From Thermodesulfobacteriota bacterium (GTDB lineage: Bacteria; Desulfobacterota; Binatia; Bin18), in NCBI GenBank assembly GCA_964291405.2, contig OZ219926.1, positions 2,080,001-2,144,000 on the forward strand: a stretch of 64,000 nucleotides of DNA, read 5' to 3'. Below are positions 9,539 through 18,797 of this stretch, piece by piece. The translations under genes were made by a program, and so were the position numbers. Under the pieces are notes generated by a model. It had not been told where the DNA came from. It saw only the letters and a program-made list of their open reading frames with translations, and did no database searches. Within the stretch, counting starts at the first letter, position 1. Each line of letters starts with the position of its first letter.

Positions 9539-10701
9539 AGATGCTTGACGAAATACTCTCCGGGCAGTTCACAGACGCCCAAACCACACAGCCGATCCGT
9601 CGTGGTCCGGTTGACTCATGGCTGCTCGGAGCGGTGCTCCTGTTGATCTTGAGTGGGGAGTTATTTGTCTTGAACACGACGTATTTTTATGCGTTTGACC
9701 GTTTCGATGATACCTATCTGTTTGTCCGGAAACATAACGTCGCCTTAGTGATCGGCGGTCTTGGCGGTCTCGTGGCCCTGGCGCTCCCTTCGACGGTATT
9801 CCGTACCCTCACCTATCCGGCGTTAATCGGAGCATTCGTCAGCCTCTGCCTTGTCTTGCTACCGGGCTTCGGCCACGGCAACGTGCAGCGCTGGCTGTCC
9901 TTTGGAGCGCTAAATTTTCAGCCCTCTGAATTCGCTAAGGGAGCCGTCGTGCTCTATCTGGCCTATGCACTTACGAAAAAGGCGGACCGTATACACAGCT
10001 TTGTGTATGGCCTGCTTCCGCCCCTTTTGGTGGTCGGGTGTATCGCGGCGCTCATTGCCCTGGAGCCAGATTTAGGAGGGGCCGTATTCATCAGCCTTCT
10101 TTTAGCCGCTTTGCTTTTTGTTGCTGGCACGCGGATTCGGCATCTCGCCGTGCTGGCTTTCGTCGGGCTGCTGTGTCTCAGCTACGGAGTCCTGAGTGCA
10201 GATTATCGGACTGATCGTTTCTTGACGTTTCTGAACCAGTCGGCGGATTTGCAGGGTGAAGGCTATCAACTCGATCAGTCCCGCCTCGCCTTTGGGGCAG
10301 GTGGGGTCTCTGGGGTTGGGCTTGGAGAAAGTCGCCAGAAGATGTTTTATTTGCCAGAGGCCCACACGGACTTTATCTTCGCCGTGATTGGCGAAGAAAC
10401 CGGCTTATGGGGTACCACAGGCATCGTCCTCCTCTTTGGTCTCTTGGGTGCTCGGGGGCTCCGGGTCGCGTCGCACCACCCTACACAGTTTGGTCGTTTA
10501 CTCGCATTTGGCTGTACCTTCCTGATCGTCTGTCAGGCTGGAATCAATATGGCGGTTGTCATTGGCCTGCTCCCGATAACCGGACTGCCGTTGCCCTTCA
10601 TCAGCTACGGAGGGTCTGCATTAGTCATTATCCTTTTCTGTACTGGCATATTGCTTGGACTCTCGCGTGAAGTCCGGGGGAAGGAGAGTGCCCATGCCTA
10701 G
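9535..10701 (+). CDS. ftsW: SEDS peptidoglycan polymerase FtsW
   Basis: QPSEFAK, LPEAHTDFIFAVIGEE and LPFISYGGS motifs. Confidence 0.96.
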   Translation: MKMLDEILSGQFTDAQTTQPIRRGPVDSWLLGAVLLLILSGELFVLNTTYFYAFDRFDDTYLFVRKHNVALVIGGLGGLVALALPSTVFRTLTYPALIGAFVSLCLVLLPGFGHGNVQRWLSFGALNFQPSEFAKGAVVLYLAYALTKKADRIHSFVYGLLPPLLVVGCIAALIALEPDLGGAVFISLLLAALLFVAGTRIRHLAVLAFVGLLCLSYGVLSADYRTDRFLTFLNQSADLQGEGYQLDQSRLAFGAGGVSGVGLGESRQKMFYLPEAHTDFIFAVIGEETGLWGTTGIVLLFGLLGARGLRVASHHPTQFGRLLAFGCTFLIVCQAGINMAVVIGLLPITGLPLPFISYGGSALVIILFCTGILLGLSREVRGKESAHA

Positions 10702-11845
10702 AGCGCCCCGACTCCTTCTTGCAGCGGGAGGTACCGGCGGACACCTCTTTCCTGGAGTTGCTGTGGCAGAGCTTGCGCAGCGACAGGCCGGTGCTGCGGT
10801 GTTGTTTGTTGGCACCTCCGGCGGAATGGAAAAGGATGTCATCCCGCAGCTTGGATTTTCTCTACGTTTCATCCCTGCTGAACAACTCCGCGGACGAACG
10901 AGGTGGGGGAAAATCCGCGCCATAGGAGTCGCTGGCTATGGTGTTGGGGCCGCCTGGCGCATCATTCGTGAGTTCGCTCCCGACGTGATCTTCAGCATCG
11001 GGGGCTATGCGTCTGCTCCGACCGTCTTGGCTGGCTGGCTGCAGCGTATTCCCTGCGTTCTACTTGAGCCCAACGCGATTCCTGGGCTGGCCAATCGCTT
11101 CCTGAGTTGGTTTGCCGCCCGCGTCTGTCTTGGATTTGAAACGGCCGCCCGCTTTTTCCCGAGACACAAAGTTGTCCATACCGGCAATCCGGTGCGATCT
11201 GTCTTACGGCCAACACTTCAGCCGACTGTAGCAGATAAGCCCTTTACCATTCTCGTCTTTGGTGGCAGTGCCGGAGCCCATCGGCTCAACCTCATCGCGC
11301 CGCAGGCCTTGGCCCGGTTACACAAGACCCAGAGTGGACAAAAGGGTGTGGACCCAGCGCCAGCGATACAGATCATCCATCAGACCGGCCAGGCCGAGTA
11401 CGCGTCCGTCTCAGCCTCGTATGCGACTGTAGGGATAGCGGCACGGGTGGTCCCGTTTATTGACGCCATGCAGGAAGTATATGCTGAGGCCGACCTCGTC
11501 ATTTGCCGAGCTGGAGCAATAACGGCCGCAGAGCTGACTCTGCTCGGAAAGCCGGCCATCCTTATTCCCTACCCATACGCGGCAGACGACCACCAACGAG
11601 CCAATGCCGAGGCCCTTGTGCAGGCGGGCGCAGCGGTGATGCTCCTGGACCACACACTGTCCCCCGAGTTGCTCGAACAGACGATTGCGCGCCTCGTCCA
11701 GCATAGAGACACCTTAGGAAATATGGCCCGAGCAGCGGCGACTTTAGGCTGCCCCGACGCGACCGCCGCTGTCGTCCAGACCTGTTTTGCCTGTACCCCT
11801 TATATGTCTTCTTCAGGTCAGGAGGTTTCGTGTCAAGAAAGATGA
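10694..11845 (+). CDS. murG: lipid II GlcNAc transferase
   Basis: [25 protein letters not shown] and DHQRANA motifs; start placed at MPRAPRL. Confidence 0.96.
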   Translation: MPRAPRLLLAAGGTGGHLFPGVAVAELAQRQAGAAVLFVGTSGGMEKDVIPQLGFSLRFIPAEQLRGRTRWGKIRAIGVAGYGVGAAWRIIREFAPDVIFSIGGYASAPTVLAGWLQRIPCVLLEPNAIPGLANRFLSWFAARVCLGFETAARFFPRHKVVHTGNPVRSVLRPTLQPTVADKPFTILVFGGSAGAHRLNLIAPQALARLHKTQSGQKGVDPAPAIQIIHQTGQAEYASVSASYATVGIAARVVPFIDAMQEVYAEADLVICRAGAITAAELTLLGKPAILIPYPYAADDHQRANAEALVQAGAAVMLLDHTLSPELLEQTIARLVQHRDTLGNMARAAATLGCPDATAAVVQTCFACTPYMSSSGQEVSCQER

Positions 11846-13485
11846 AGGAACGGGAACCGGACGGTCCTGCAGACCGATGGGCGGCAAAGAGTGAACATGT
11901 CCTCCCATCAACCAAAAAAGCCGGACACGTTTACTCTTTCGAAGCTAGTACGCCGCCACCCGTGGCCGTGGGTCTCCAGATGCCACAAAGAGTGAACATG
12001 TCCTCCCATCAACCAAAAAAGCCGGACACGTTTACTCTTTCCACCCGAACCGCCCTTCCCCCCCGCGCGACTGCGGTGTCCGAGACGCCGGTCTTGTTTA
12101 ATACCAACCGGCGGATTCACTTTGTCGGTATTGGCGGAGTCGGGATGAGCGGTATAGCCGAGGTCTTACTCAATCTCGGTTATCAAATTAGTGGCTCGGA
12201 TCTGACCGAATCCGAAACAACGCGGCGATTGAAACACAACGGGGCACATATTGTGTATGGTCACCAACCACAGCATGTGCATTCCGATACCGATGTTGTG
12301 GTCATCTCGTCAGCTGTCAAATATGCGAATCCGGAAGTCGTGCGGGCTCGTGCACTCAGTATTCCAGTCATTCCACGGGCCGAAATGCTGGCTGAGCTGA
12401 TGCGCCTCAAATACGGCATTGCGGTTGCCGGGACGCATGGGAAGACGACGACGACTTCCTTAATCGCAACCTCCCTCGCCCATGCCCACTTTGATCCAAC
12501 CATGGTTATTGGTGGACGGCTCAACGTGCTGGGGTCTAATGCCCGGTTGGGGCAGGGACGTTTTCTGGTTGCTGAAGCCGACGAGAGTGATGGGACGTTT
12601 CTCCTACTCAGCCCAACGATTGTTGTGGTGACCAATATTGATCCCGAGCACCTTGACTACTATGGACATATGGATCGCGTCCAAGCCGCCTATCTTGACT
12701 TTATCAATCGGATTCCCTTTTACGGCCGCGCCGTGCTGTGCCTGGACAGCGTGCATGTCCGTGCGCTGCTTCCCCAGGTACGCAAGCGGTTTGTCACCTA
12801 TGGCCTGAGTCCGGAGGCGGATGTGCAGGCCAAACAACTGACGGTCTCCGGCCTCACCACACGGTGTGAGGTCTGGCGCGGAACAGAGCGCCTGGGCGAT
12901 ATCCAACTGAACCTGCCTGGCCGTCACGCTGCGCTGAATGCCCTGGCGGCAGTGGCGGTCGCCCTTGAGCTGGAGATTCCGTTTTCTCAAGTCCAGGAAG
13001 CCCTGCACAAATTTACCGGTATTCAGCGACGCTTTGAGATCAAGGGAGAAGCAGCGGAGGTGTTGGTGGTTGACGACTACGCCCATCACCCGGAAGAATT
13101 ACGCGCCACCTTACGGGCCGCTAGGGAGGGCTTTGGTCGCCGTTTGGTCGCGCTCTTCCAACCCCATCGCTACTCACGCACCGCTTATCTGTTCGACGAC
13201 TTCCTGTCTGCGTTTGATGATGCGGACGTTTTGGTCCTGACGGAAATTTACCCCGCTGGTGAGGAGCCGCAGACTGATATCTCGGGGGAAAAACTCTATC
13301 AAGCCATCAAACGGCGTGGCCATGCTGAGGTCTATTTTGTCCCGCACCGCGCAGAGCTGGCACAGACGGCGCAGACCATCGTCCGGGCGGGGGACTTAGT
13401 GTTGACATTAGGGGCCGGTGATATTGTCCAGACCGGGCCCGAGTTGCTCGCACAACTGCGGAGTGGAGGCGTCAATGCAAGCTGA
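11830..13485 (+). CDS. murC: UDP-MurNAc:L-Ala ligase with an ~88-aa N-terminal extension
   Basis: [33 protein letters not shown] and FQPHRYSRT motifs. AGGAGG precedes GTG 11830; an alternative TTG start lies at 12094. Confidence 0.95.
   Translation: MSRKMKEREPDGPADRWAAKSEHVLPSTKKAGHVYSFEASTPPPVAVGLQMPQRVNMSSHQPKKPDTFTLSTRTALPPRATAVSETPVLFNTNRRIHFVGIGGVGMSGIAEVLLNLGYQISGSDLTESETTRRLKHNGAHIVYGHQPQHVHSDTDVVVISSAVKYANPEVVRARALSIPVIPRAEMLAELMRLKYGIAVAGTHGKTTTTSLIATSLAHAHFDPTMVIGGRLNVLGSNARLGQGRFLVAEADESDGTFLLLSPTIVVVTNIDPEHLDYYGHMDRVQAAYLDFINRIPFYGRAVLCLDSVHVRALLPQVRKRFVTYGLSPEADVQAKQLTVSGLTTRCEVWRGTERLGDIQLNLPGRHAALNALAAVAVALELEIPFSQVQEALHKFTGIQRRFEIKGEAAEVLVVDDYAHHPEELRATLRAAREGFGRRLVALFQPHRYSRTAYLFDDFLSAFDDADVLVLTEIYPAGEEPQTDISGEKLYQAIKRRGHAEVYFVPHRAELAQTAQTIVRAGDLVLTLGAGDIVQTGPELLAQLRSGGVNAS
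11885..11940. repeat. palindromic element, copy 1 (56-nt exact direct repeat of copy 2)
   Basis: CAAAGAGTGAACATGTCC-TCCCATCAACCAAAAAAGCC-GGACACGTTTACTCTTTC; 17-bp arms with two G-U mismatches. Confidence 0.92.
11986..12041. repeat. palindromic element, copy 2
   Basis: Identical to 11885-11940 and separated from it by 45 unique nt. Confidence 0.92.
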
Positions 13486-14413
13486 GTTGCGGACGGCGTT
13501 GAAGACGCAGCTGCGACGCGTCCTCGGTCCGTGCGTGCGCTTTGATGTTGGTCTGGCCCGCTACACGTCTTTTCGTATTGGTGGGCCGGCCGATATTTTT
13601 GTCGAACCAAACACCCCGGAAGAGCTTCAGGTGCTGATGCGCCTGGTGACGGAATGCGGAGTCCCCTGCTTCCTCCTCGGAGGGGGGACGAATGTCCTCG
13701 TCAGTGACAAAGGGGTCCGCGGGGTCGTGATTCGGCTGGGGCGGGGTTTCGACTACGCAGCGTGGGAGATCCAGCCCGAGCGGCAGCAGACCGCGCAGGT
13801 TCGTGTCGGTGCCGGCCGTTCATTAGGCCGATTCGTACGAGAGGCTGCACGCAAAGGGTATGGGGGAGTGGAATTTGCCGAGGGGATTCCTGGACGCGTG
13901 GGGGGAGGCCTCTTGATGAATGCTGGGGCCTTTGGGGGCGAGTTGAGTGAAGTGGTTGAGACCATCACGGGGGTGACCCACACAGGCCAGTCTCTGCGGT
14001 TGTCCAATGCCTCGGTTGGCTTTTCCTATAGAACGACCGCACTCCCGCCGCAATGTATTGTGAGTGAGGTGATGTTCCGGCTCCGCCAAAAGCCCCAAGC
14101 CAGCATTACGGCCGCGATGCAACAGGCGCGCGAAAAACGGAACCGCAGGCAACCCCACGGATACCCGAACGCTGGGTCCATTTTTAAGAATCCGCCGGGA
14201 CGCTATGCGGGGCGCATGATTGAGGCGGTGGGCTGTAAGGGCAGCCGCCAGGGCCAAGCTCAGGTCTCCGAGCAGCATGCCAATTTTATTGTGAATACGG
14301 GAGGTGCCACGGCGAGCCAGGTATGGCGCCTCATAGAACAGGTGCAACGCCAGGTATGGCAAGAAGAACGGGTCTGGCTTGAGCCCGAGGTCCGGCGGGT
14401 TGGAGAATGGTAG
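13475..14413 (+). CDS. murB: UDP-N-acetylenolpyruvoylglucosamine reductase
   Basis: [38 protein letters not shown] and HANFIVN motifs. Confidence 0.96.
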   Translation: MQAELRTALKTQLRRVLGPCVRFDVGLARYTSFRIGGPADIFVEPNTPEELQVLMRLVTECGVPCFLLGGGTNVLVSDKGVRGVVIRLGRGFDYAAWEIQPERQQTAQVRVGAGRSLGRFVREAARKGYGGVEFAEGIPGRVGGGLLMNAGAFGGELSEVVETITGVTHTGQSLRLSNASVGFSYRTTALPPQCIVSEVMFRLRQKPQASITAAMQQAREKRNRRQPHGYPNAGSIFKNPPGRYAGRMIEAVGCKGSRQGQAQVSEQHANFIVNTGGATASQVWRLIEQVQRQVWQEERVWLEPEVRRVGEW

Positions 14414-15342
14414 CCGAGATGAAATCCAAACAGCGCGTCGGGGTGCTCTGGGGCGGACTGTCGGCGGAACGGGAGATTTCCCGCATGACGGGAGAGGCGG
14501 TCTGTGCAGCGCTGGAGACTCGCGGCTATCGCGTCCAGGCTATCCCGGTTGAAGCCGATGGCGCCTGGATTGCTCAGGCGCAAAAGACGGATGTCATTTT
14601 TATCGCCCTGCATGGGAAGTTCGGAGAAGATGGGGCTGTGCAAGGCGTCCTGGAAACCCTGGGGATTCCATACACGGGGTCCAGCGTCATGGCGAGTGCC
14701 GTCGCCATGAATAAGCCGATGGCAAAGCGGATTTGGCAAACCCATGATTTACCAACGCCCGACTGGCAGATTGTTGAGCAGGGGATGCCGGCTGAGCAGG
14801 TCGTGCCCTCCTACCCGGTCGTGGTCAAACCGGTTGCGGAAGGGTCGAGTGTTGGCGTAAGTATCGTCCGCTCCGAGGCGAGGCTCACGCCCGCCCTGAC
14901 GCAGGCGTTTCAGTATGACACTGCGTGTTTGGTGGAAGCCTATATTCCCGGGAAAGAGGTAACTGTCGGGATTCTCAAGGGACAGGCGATTGGGGCAATG
15001 GAAGTGGTTGCCAAAGGTGAATTCCATTCCTATGAGGTCAAATATACGCCGGGTCGGGAAGAATTTCTCATGCCGGCCCCGCTGCCGGAAGCAACCTATA
15101 CCCAGGTCCTCAAGCTGGCACGGCAGGCGCATTATGCCCTCGAGTGCAGCGGATATAGTCGAGTCGATATACGAGTGAGTCCGGCTGGGGAGATTTTCTT
15201 GATCGAGTTGAACTCGCTGCCTGGCTTGACAGGATTGAGTTATTTACCACGCATCGCCGCCCATCATGGACTGTCCTATGAGGATCTCGTGGAGGCTATC
15301 CTACAGCAGGCAACTCTCCATATTCCGCGAGGAGAAGTATGA
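14407..15342 (+). CDS. ddl: D-alanine--D-alanine ligase
   Basis: GGLSAEREIS, LHGKFGEDG, EGSSVG, YEVKY and ELNSLPG motifs. Confidence 0.96.
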   Translation: MVAEMKSKQRVGVLWGGLSAEREISRMTGEAVCAALETRGYRVQAIPVEADGAWIAQAQKTDVIFIALHGKFGEDGAVQGVLETLGIPYTGSSVMASAVAMNKPMAKRIWQTHDLPTPDWQIVEQGMPAEQVVPSYPVVVKPVAEGSSVGVSIVRSEARLTPALTQAFQYDTACLVEAYIPGKEVTVGILKGQAIGAMEVVAKGEFHSYEVKYTPGREEFLMPAPLPEATYTQVLKLARQAHYALECSGYSRVDIRVSPAGEIFLIELNSLPGLTGLSYLPRIAAHHGLSYEDLVEAILQQATLHIPRGEV

Positions 15343-16217
15343 GACCCCCAGCCCGCAAAAAGTTCTCGATCTTTCTCCGGCTATGGCAGGCCATAGCCCA
15401 ACGGATTCTGATACCCGTCCGGTCTCTCATCCTATTGGGGCTCGTTTGTGTCGGTTGCACCATCGGGGGGGTCGTCTTGGTACACTATGCCGAGCAGCAC
15501 CCGTACTTCGCCGCGACAGATATTGTTGTCTCAACTGACGGTAGACTCACACCGGACGAGATCAGACAGTGGGCAGGGACGGCACCGGGGATGAATATTA
15601 TCGCTCTGGACGTCCAGGCAGTGGAGCAGCGTTTACGGCAACACCCCTGGGTCCACACGGCCGCTGTCACCCGGGAGTTCCCGCAGCGTATTTATCTGAC
15701 TATCCGGGAGCGTCACCCGATAGCGCGCATCCGGCGTCCAGAAGCCGCGTATCTGGATGGGAACGGTGACAGCTTTGTCGCTCCCACATCGAGTGCGCAC
15801 GATCTGCCGTATGTGAGCGGACTTGAGCGGGTTCCCCTGGAAACGCAGACTGTCAGGACGGTCCTAGCCGGAGCGCGGTTGTGTCTCTCGCTGATACAGG
15901 AATGGAACGTTGCACTGTCTGAAATTCATTGGGACGACCGGCGAGGATATACGCTGTTTTTGTCCGACCGTCAGGTCGTGATTCGGCTGGGTCAGCAGAT
16001 CCGCCCCACCGTGTTTGTGCTGATGCAACGGGTACTGGAGCGCTGGCCGCGAGACCGACGGGCAACCGTTTTTGATGCGCGCTTTACTGATCAGATTGTG
16101 GTATCCCCTCTTCCATTGAGACTGGATAAGGGGAAAAAGAGGAAACGTGTCCAGCATCTCCTGTCTACTGGAGGACACGTTTCCTCTTTGAGACGTGGAC
16201 TTAACTCGCACGCTTAG
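15339..16217 (+). CDS. ftsQ: cell division protein FtsQ with a palindrome-encoded C-terminal tail
   Basis: TM helix, POTRA domain (HPWVHTAAVTREFP) and DARFTDQIVV; lies between ddl and ftsA. Confidence 0.88.
   Translation: MRPPARKKFSIFLRLWQAIAQRILIPVRSLILLGLVCVGCTIGGVVLVHYAEQHPYFAATDIVVSTDGRLTPDEIRQWAGTAPGMNIIALDVQAVEQRLRQHPWVHTAAVTREFPQRIYLTIRERHPIARIRRPEAAYLDGNGDSFVAPTSSAHDLPYVSGLERVPLETQTVRTVLAGARLCLSLIQEWNVALSEIHWDDRRGYTLFLSDRQVVIRLGQQIRPTVFVLMQRVLERWPRDRRATVFDARFTDQIVVSPLPLRLDKGKKRKRVQHLLSTGGHVSSLRRGLNSHA
16136..16189. repeat. palindromic element, copy 3 (inside the ftsQ 3' end)
   Basis: Perfect 17-bp inverted repeat AAAGAGGAAACGTGTCC / GGACACGTTTCCTCTTT around a 20-nt loop AGCATCTCCTGTCTACTGGA. 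Confidence 0.9.
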
Positions 16218-16226
16218 GGAGGCGGT

Positions 16227-17462
16227 ATGGAGAACATGGAGAACAAAGATTCCCTATTGGTGAGTGTTGATATTGGGACGTATCAGACATCTGTGGTCGT
16301 TGCGGAAAGAACGCAAGATGGGCTGGCCGTTTTGGGGATGGGGACCGCACCGTCTCAAGGCGTACGCAAGGGCCTCGTCACCAATGTTGAGAACGCGGCC
16401 CAGGGGCTACAACAGGCGGTGGCTGAAGCCGAGGCCAATGCAAGCTGCGAAATTCATAATGTGTTTGTCAGCCTGACCGGTGGACATATGGAGGGAATTT
16501 CGAGTCAGGGCGTTGTCCGAATCAAAGGTGGCGAGGTGTCTGCAGACGATGTGCAGGAAGTGGTTGCGGTAGCCCGGACGATCGCCCTACCCCCGGAGTG
16601 TGAGATTTTGCACGTCTTTCCACAGGGGTTTCTGGTGGATGGACAAGAGCGGGGCCGCGACCCCGTTGGGGCGAGTGGCGTGCGGCTTGAGACCGATGTC
16701 CATATTGTCAGCGTTTCTTCAACCGCTCTGTACGCCCTCCAGAAATGCTGTGAGCGGGCAGGGCTCTATCTCAACGGTGTGTACTATGGCGCGCTAGCAG
16801 CAGCCGAGGCCGTCTTGACTCCGGAGGAGAAAGAGCTGGGTGTTGTGGTGATCGACATTGGGGCGGGCACGACCAGTGTGGCAGCTTTTTGTCAAGGCGT
16901 CGTCTATTATACTGCGGTCCTGCCGGTTGGTGGGGAAAACGTGACCAACGATCTGGCCGTGGGACTCTGTATTCCAGTGGCAGAGGCAGAACGGCTGAAA
17001 CAGCAGCACGGCTGTGCTTTGACCAGCCTGATTGCGCCGGGCGAGGTGATTGAGATGCCTCGCATCGGCGAGCGTGATGCTGCTCCGCTCCCACGGCGAA
17101 AAATGAGCGAGATTATTGAACCGCGGATTGAAGAGATCTTTGAGCTCGTCCGAGAGCAACTTGATTTTGGTGGCCTCTCAGACCGGCTCGGCGCGGGTGT
17201 GGTCATCACTGGCGGGAGTGCGCTCCTTGAGGGTGTACCGGATCTCGCCCAACGCGTCTTCCGTATGGCGGCGCGGCGTGGCGCGCCTCGGTGGACGAGC
17301 GATGCGGTTGATCCAGCCCAGAGCCCTATGTATGCGGCCAACATCGGCCTGATCCTGTGTCATGCGCAGGATACGCTCCGCCCTCTGGCTCAGGTACGGA
17401 ACGGACAGAACTGGCAACATATGCGAGAACGGGTCGTCGAATGGTTTCGGGAATTTTTTTAG
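16227..17462 (+). CDS. ftsA: cell division protein FtsA
   Basis: VDIGT, IDIGAGTT, AERLKQQHG and GVVITGGSA motifs; GGAGG RBS. Confidence 0.96.
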   Translation: MENMENKDSLLVSVDIGTYQTSVVVAERTQDGLAVLGMGTAPSQGVRKGLVTNVENAAQGLQQAVAEAEANASCEIHNVFVSLTGGHMEGISSQGVVRIKGGEVSADDVQEVVAVARTIALPPECEILHVFPQGFLVDGQERGRDPVGASGVRLETDVHIVSVSSTALYALQKCCERAGLYLNGVYYGALAAAEAVLTPEEKELGVVVIDIGAGTTSVAAFCQGVVYYTAVLPVGGENVTNDLAVGLCIPVAEAERLKQQHGCALTSLIAPGEVIEMPRIGERDAAPLPRRKMSEIIEPRIEEIFELVREQLDFGGLSDRLGAGVVITGGSALLEGVPDLAQRVFRMAARRGAPRWTSDAVDPAQSPMYAANIGLILCHAQDTLRPLAQVRNGQNWQHMRERVVEWFREFF

Positions 17463-17514
17463 ACCATAGCCTCTCCTGCGGAGGCATGCTAACTGAAGAT
17501 GAAGGAGGTGGGAG

Positions 17515-18702
17515 ATGATTGAGTTTGTGGAGAATGAGGGTAGTGGGGCTCAGCTCCGTATCATTGGGATTGGAGGGGCTGGAGGGAATGCCATCAATAC
17601 GATGATCAGTGGTGGGCTGTCCGGCGTTGACTTTATTGTGGCGAATACTGACGCGCAAGCGTTGCGGGTCAATTTGGCACCGACCAAGATTCAACTTGGA
17701 TCCGAGTTGACCAAAGGACTCGGAGCGGGCGCCAATCCTGAGATCGGTCGCAATGCCACGCTGGAAACCGAGGACGAGCTGCGGCAGCAGCTAGTTGGGG
17801 CCGATATGGTCTTCGTTACGGCGGGGATGGGCGGAGGAACCGGCACCGGTGGGGCACCCATTGTTGCTCGGCTGGCAAAGGAAAGTGGAGCGTTGACCGT
17901 TGGAGTTGTGACTAAGCCGTTTCTCTTTGAGGGGAAGCGACGCATGCGGCAGGCCGATGAGGGTATCCACGAGTTGAAAGAAAATGTGGATACTCTGATT
18001 TGTATTCCGAACCAACGTTTATTGGCGGTGGCGAGCCGCAGCCAGCCACTCATCGAAGCCTTTCACAAGGCGGATGAGGTTTTACTCCAGGCCGTTCGAG
18101 GCATTTCTGACCTGATTATGGTAAGTGGTCTGATTAACCTCGACTTTGCAGACGTGCGGACCATCATGGCCGAGATGGGGATGGCAATTATGGGGGCCTC
18201 TACAGCGAGTGGAGAGAACCGGGCAGAAGAGGCCGCACGTCGGGCCATTGCCAGCCCGCTGCTTGAAGATATTTCCATTAGTGGGGCACGCGGCGTGCTG
18301 ATCAATGTGACCGGTGGACGGAGTCTCACCCTGCACGAAGTCAATGAGGCGGCCTCGCTGATCCAAGAAGAAGCGGCTGAAGATGCCAACATTATCTTTG
18401 GTGCGGTCATTGACGAGACCATGGAGGAAGAGCTGCTCATTACGGTCATTGCCACCGGATTTGGCGAAAAGGAATTGGAGCGACCGAAAACGCCAACGCT
18501 CAGCGCGGTGTCTGGTGGAAAACGGAATACAAAAGGATCGCTCGGAACGTTTGATCCAGCAGTGCTGGAACAACCAGCCTATGCACGGAGACGCACACTC
18601 GGGCAAAGCTCGGTCGTTCCTTCGGCAAAAAATATGGACTCGGAGCAGAGCGATGAGCTTGCCGAAGGTATGCCCGTGTTTCTCAGAAAGCAGGCGAATT
18701 AA
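17515..18702 (+). CDS. ftsZ: cell division protein FtsZ
   Basis: GIGGAGGNA, GMGGGTGTG tubulin signature, INLDFADV and C-terminal PVFLRKQ. Confidence 0.99.
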   Translation: MIEFVENEGSGAQLRIIGIGGAGGNAINTMISGGLSGVDFIVANTDAQALRVNLAPTKIQLGSELTKGLGAGANPEIGRNATLETEDELRQQLVGADMVFVTAGMGGGTGTGGAPIVARLAKESGALTVGVVTKPFLFEGKRRMRQADEGIHELKENVDTLICIPNQRLLAVASRSQPLIEAFHKADEVLLQAVRGISDLIMVSGLINLDFADVRTIMAEMGMAIMGASTASGENRAEEAARRAIASPLLEDISISGARGVLINVTGGRSLTLHEVNEAASLIQEEAAEDANIIFGAVIDETMEEELLITVIATGFGEKELERPKTPTLSAVSGGKRNTKGSLGTFDPAVLEQPAYARRRTLGQSSVVPSAKNMDSEQSDELAEGMPVFLRKQAN

Positions 18703-18731
18703 GAGGAGCGACCCTATTCGGCCATGCATAA

Positions 18732-18754
18732 TGCGGGCTTCCGGCCCGCACTCC
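18732..18754 (-). repeat. REP-like hairpin
   Basis: Minus strand reads GGAG-TGCGGGC-CGGAA-GCCCGCA: a tetranucleotide plus GC hairpin, the typical REP architecture. Single copy in the window. Confidence 0.45.
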
Positions 18755-18797
18755 GGAGCCCTGACTCCCCTGCGTTTGGGAGGAGAACGCTGCTTTT

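Noticed and set aside
11885-12041. Repeat-spacer-repeat as a CRISPR mini-array
   Set aside because: Only two units; the 56-nt repeat is longer than typical CRISPR repeats; no cas genes or leader; related solo copies occur elsewhere in the window.
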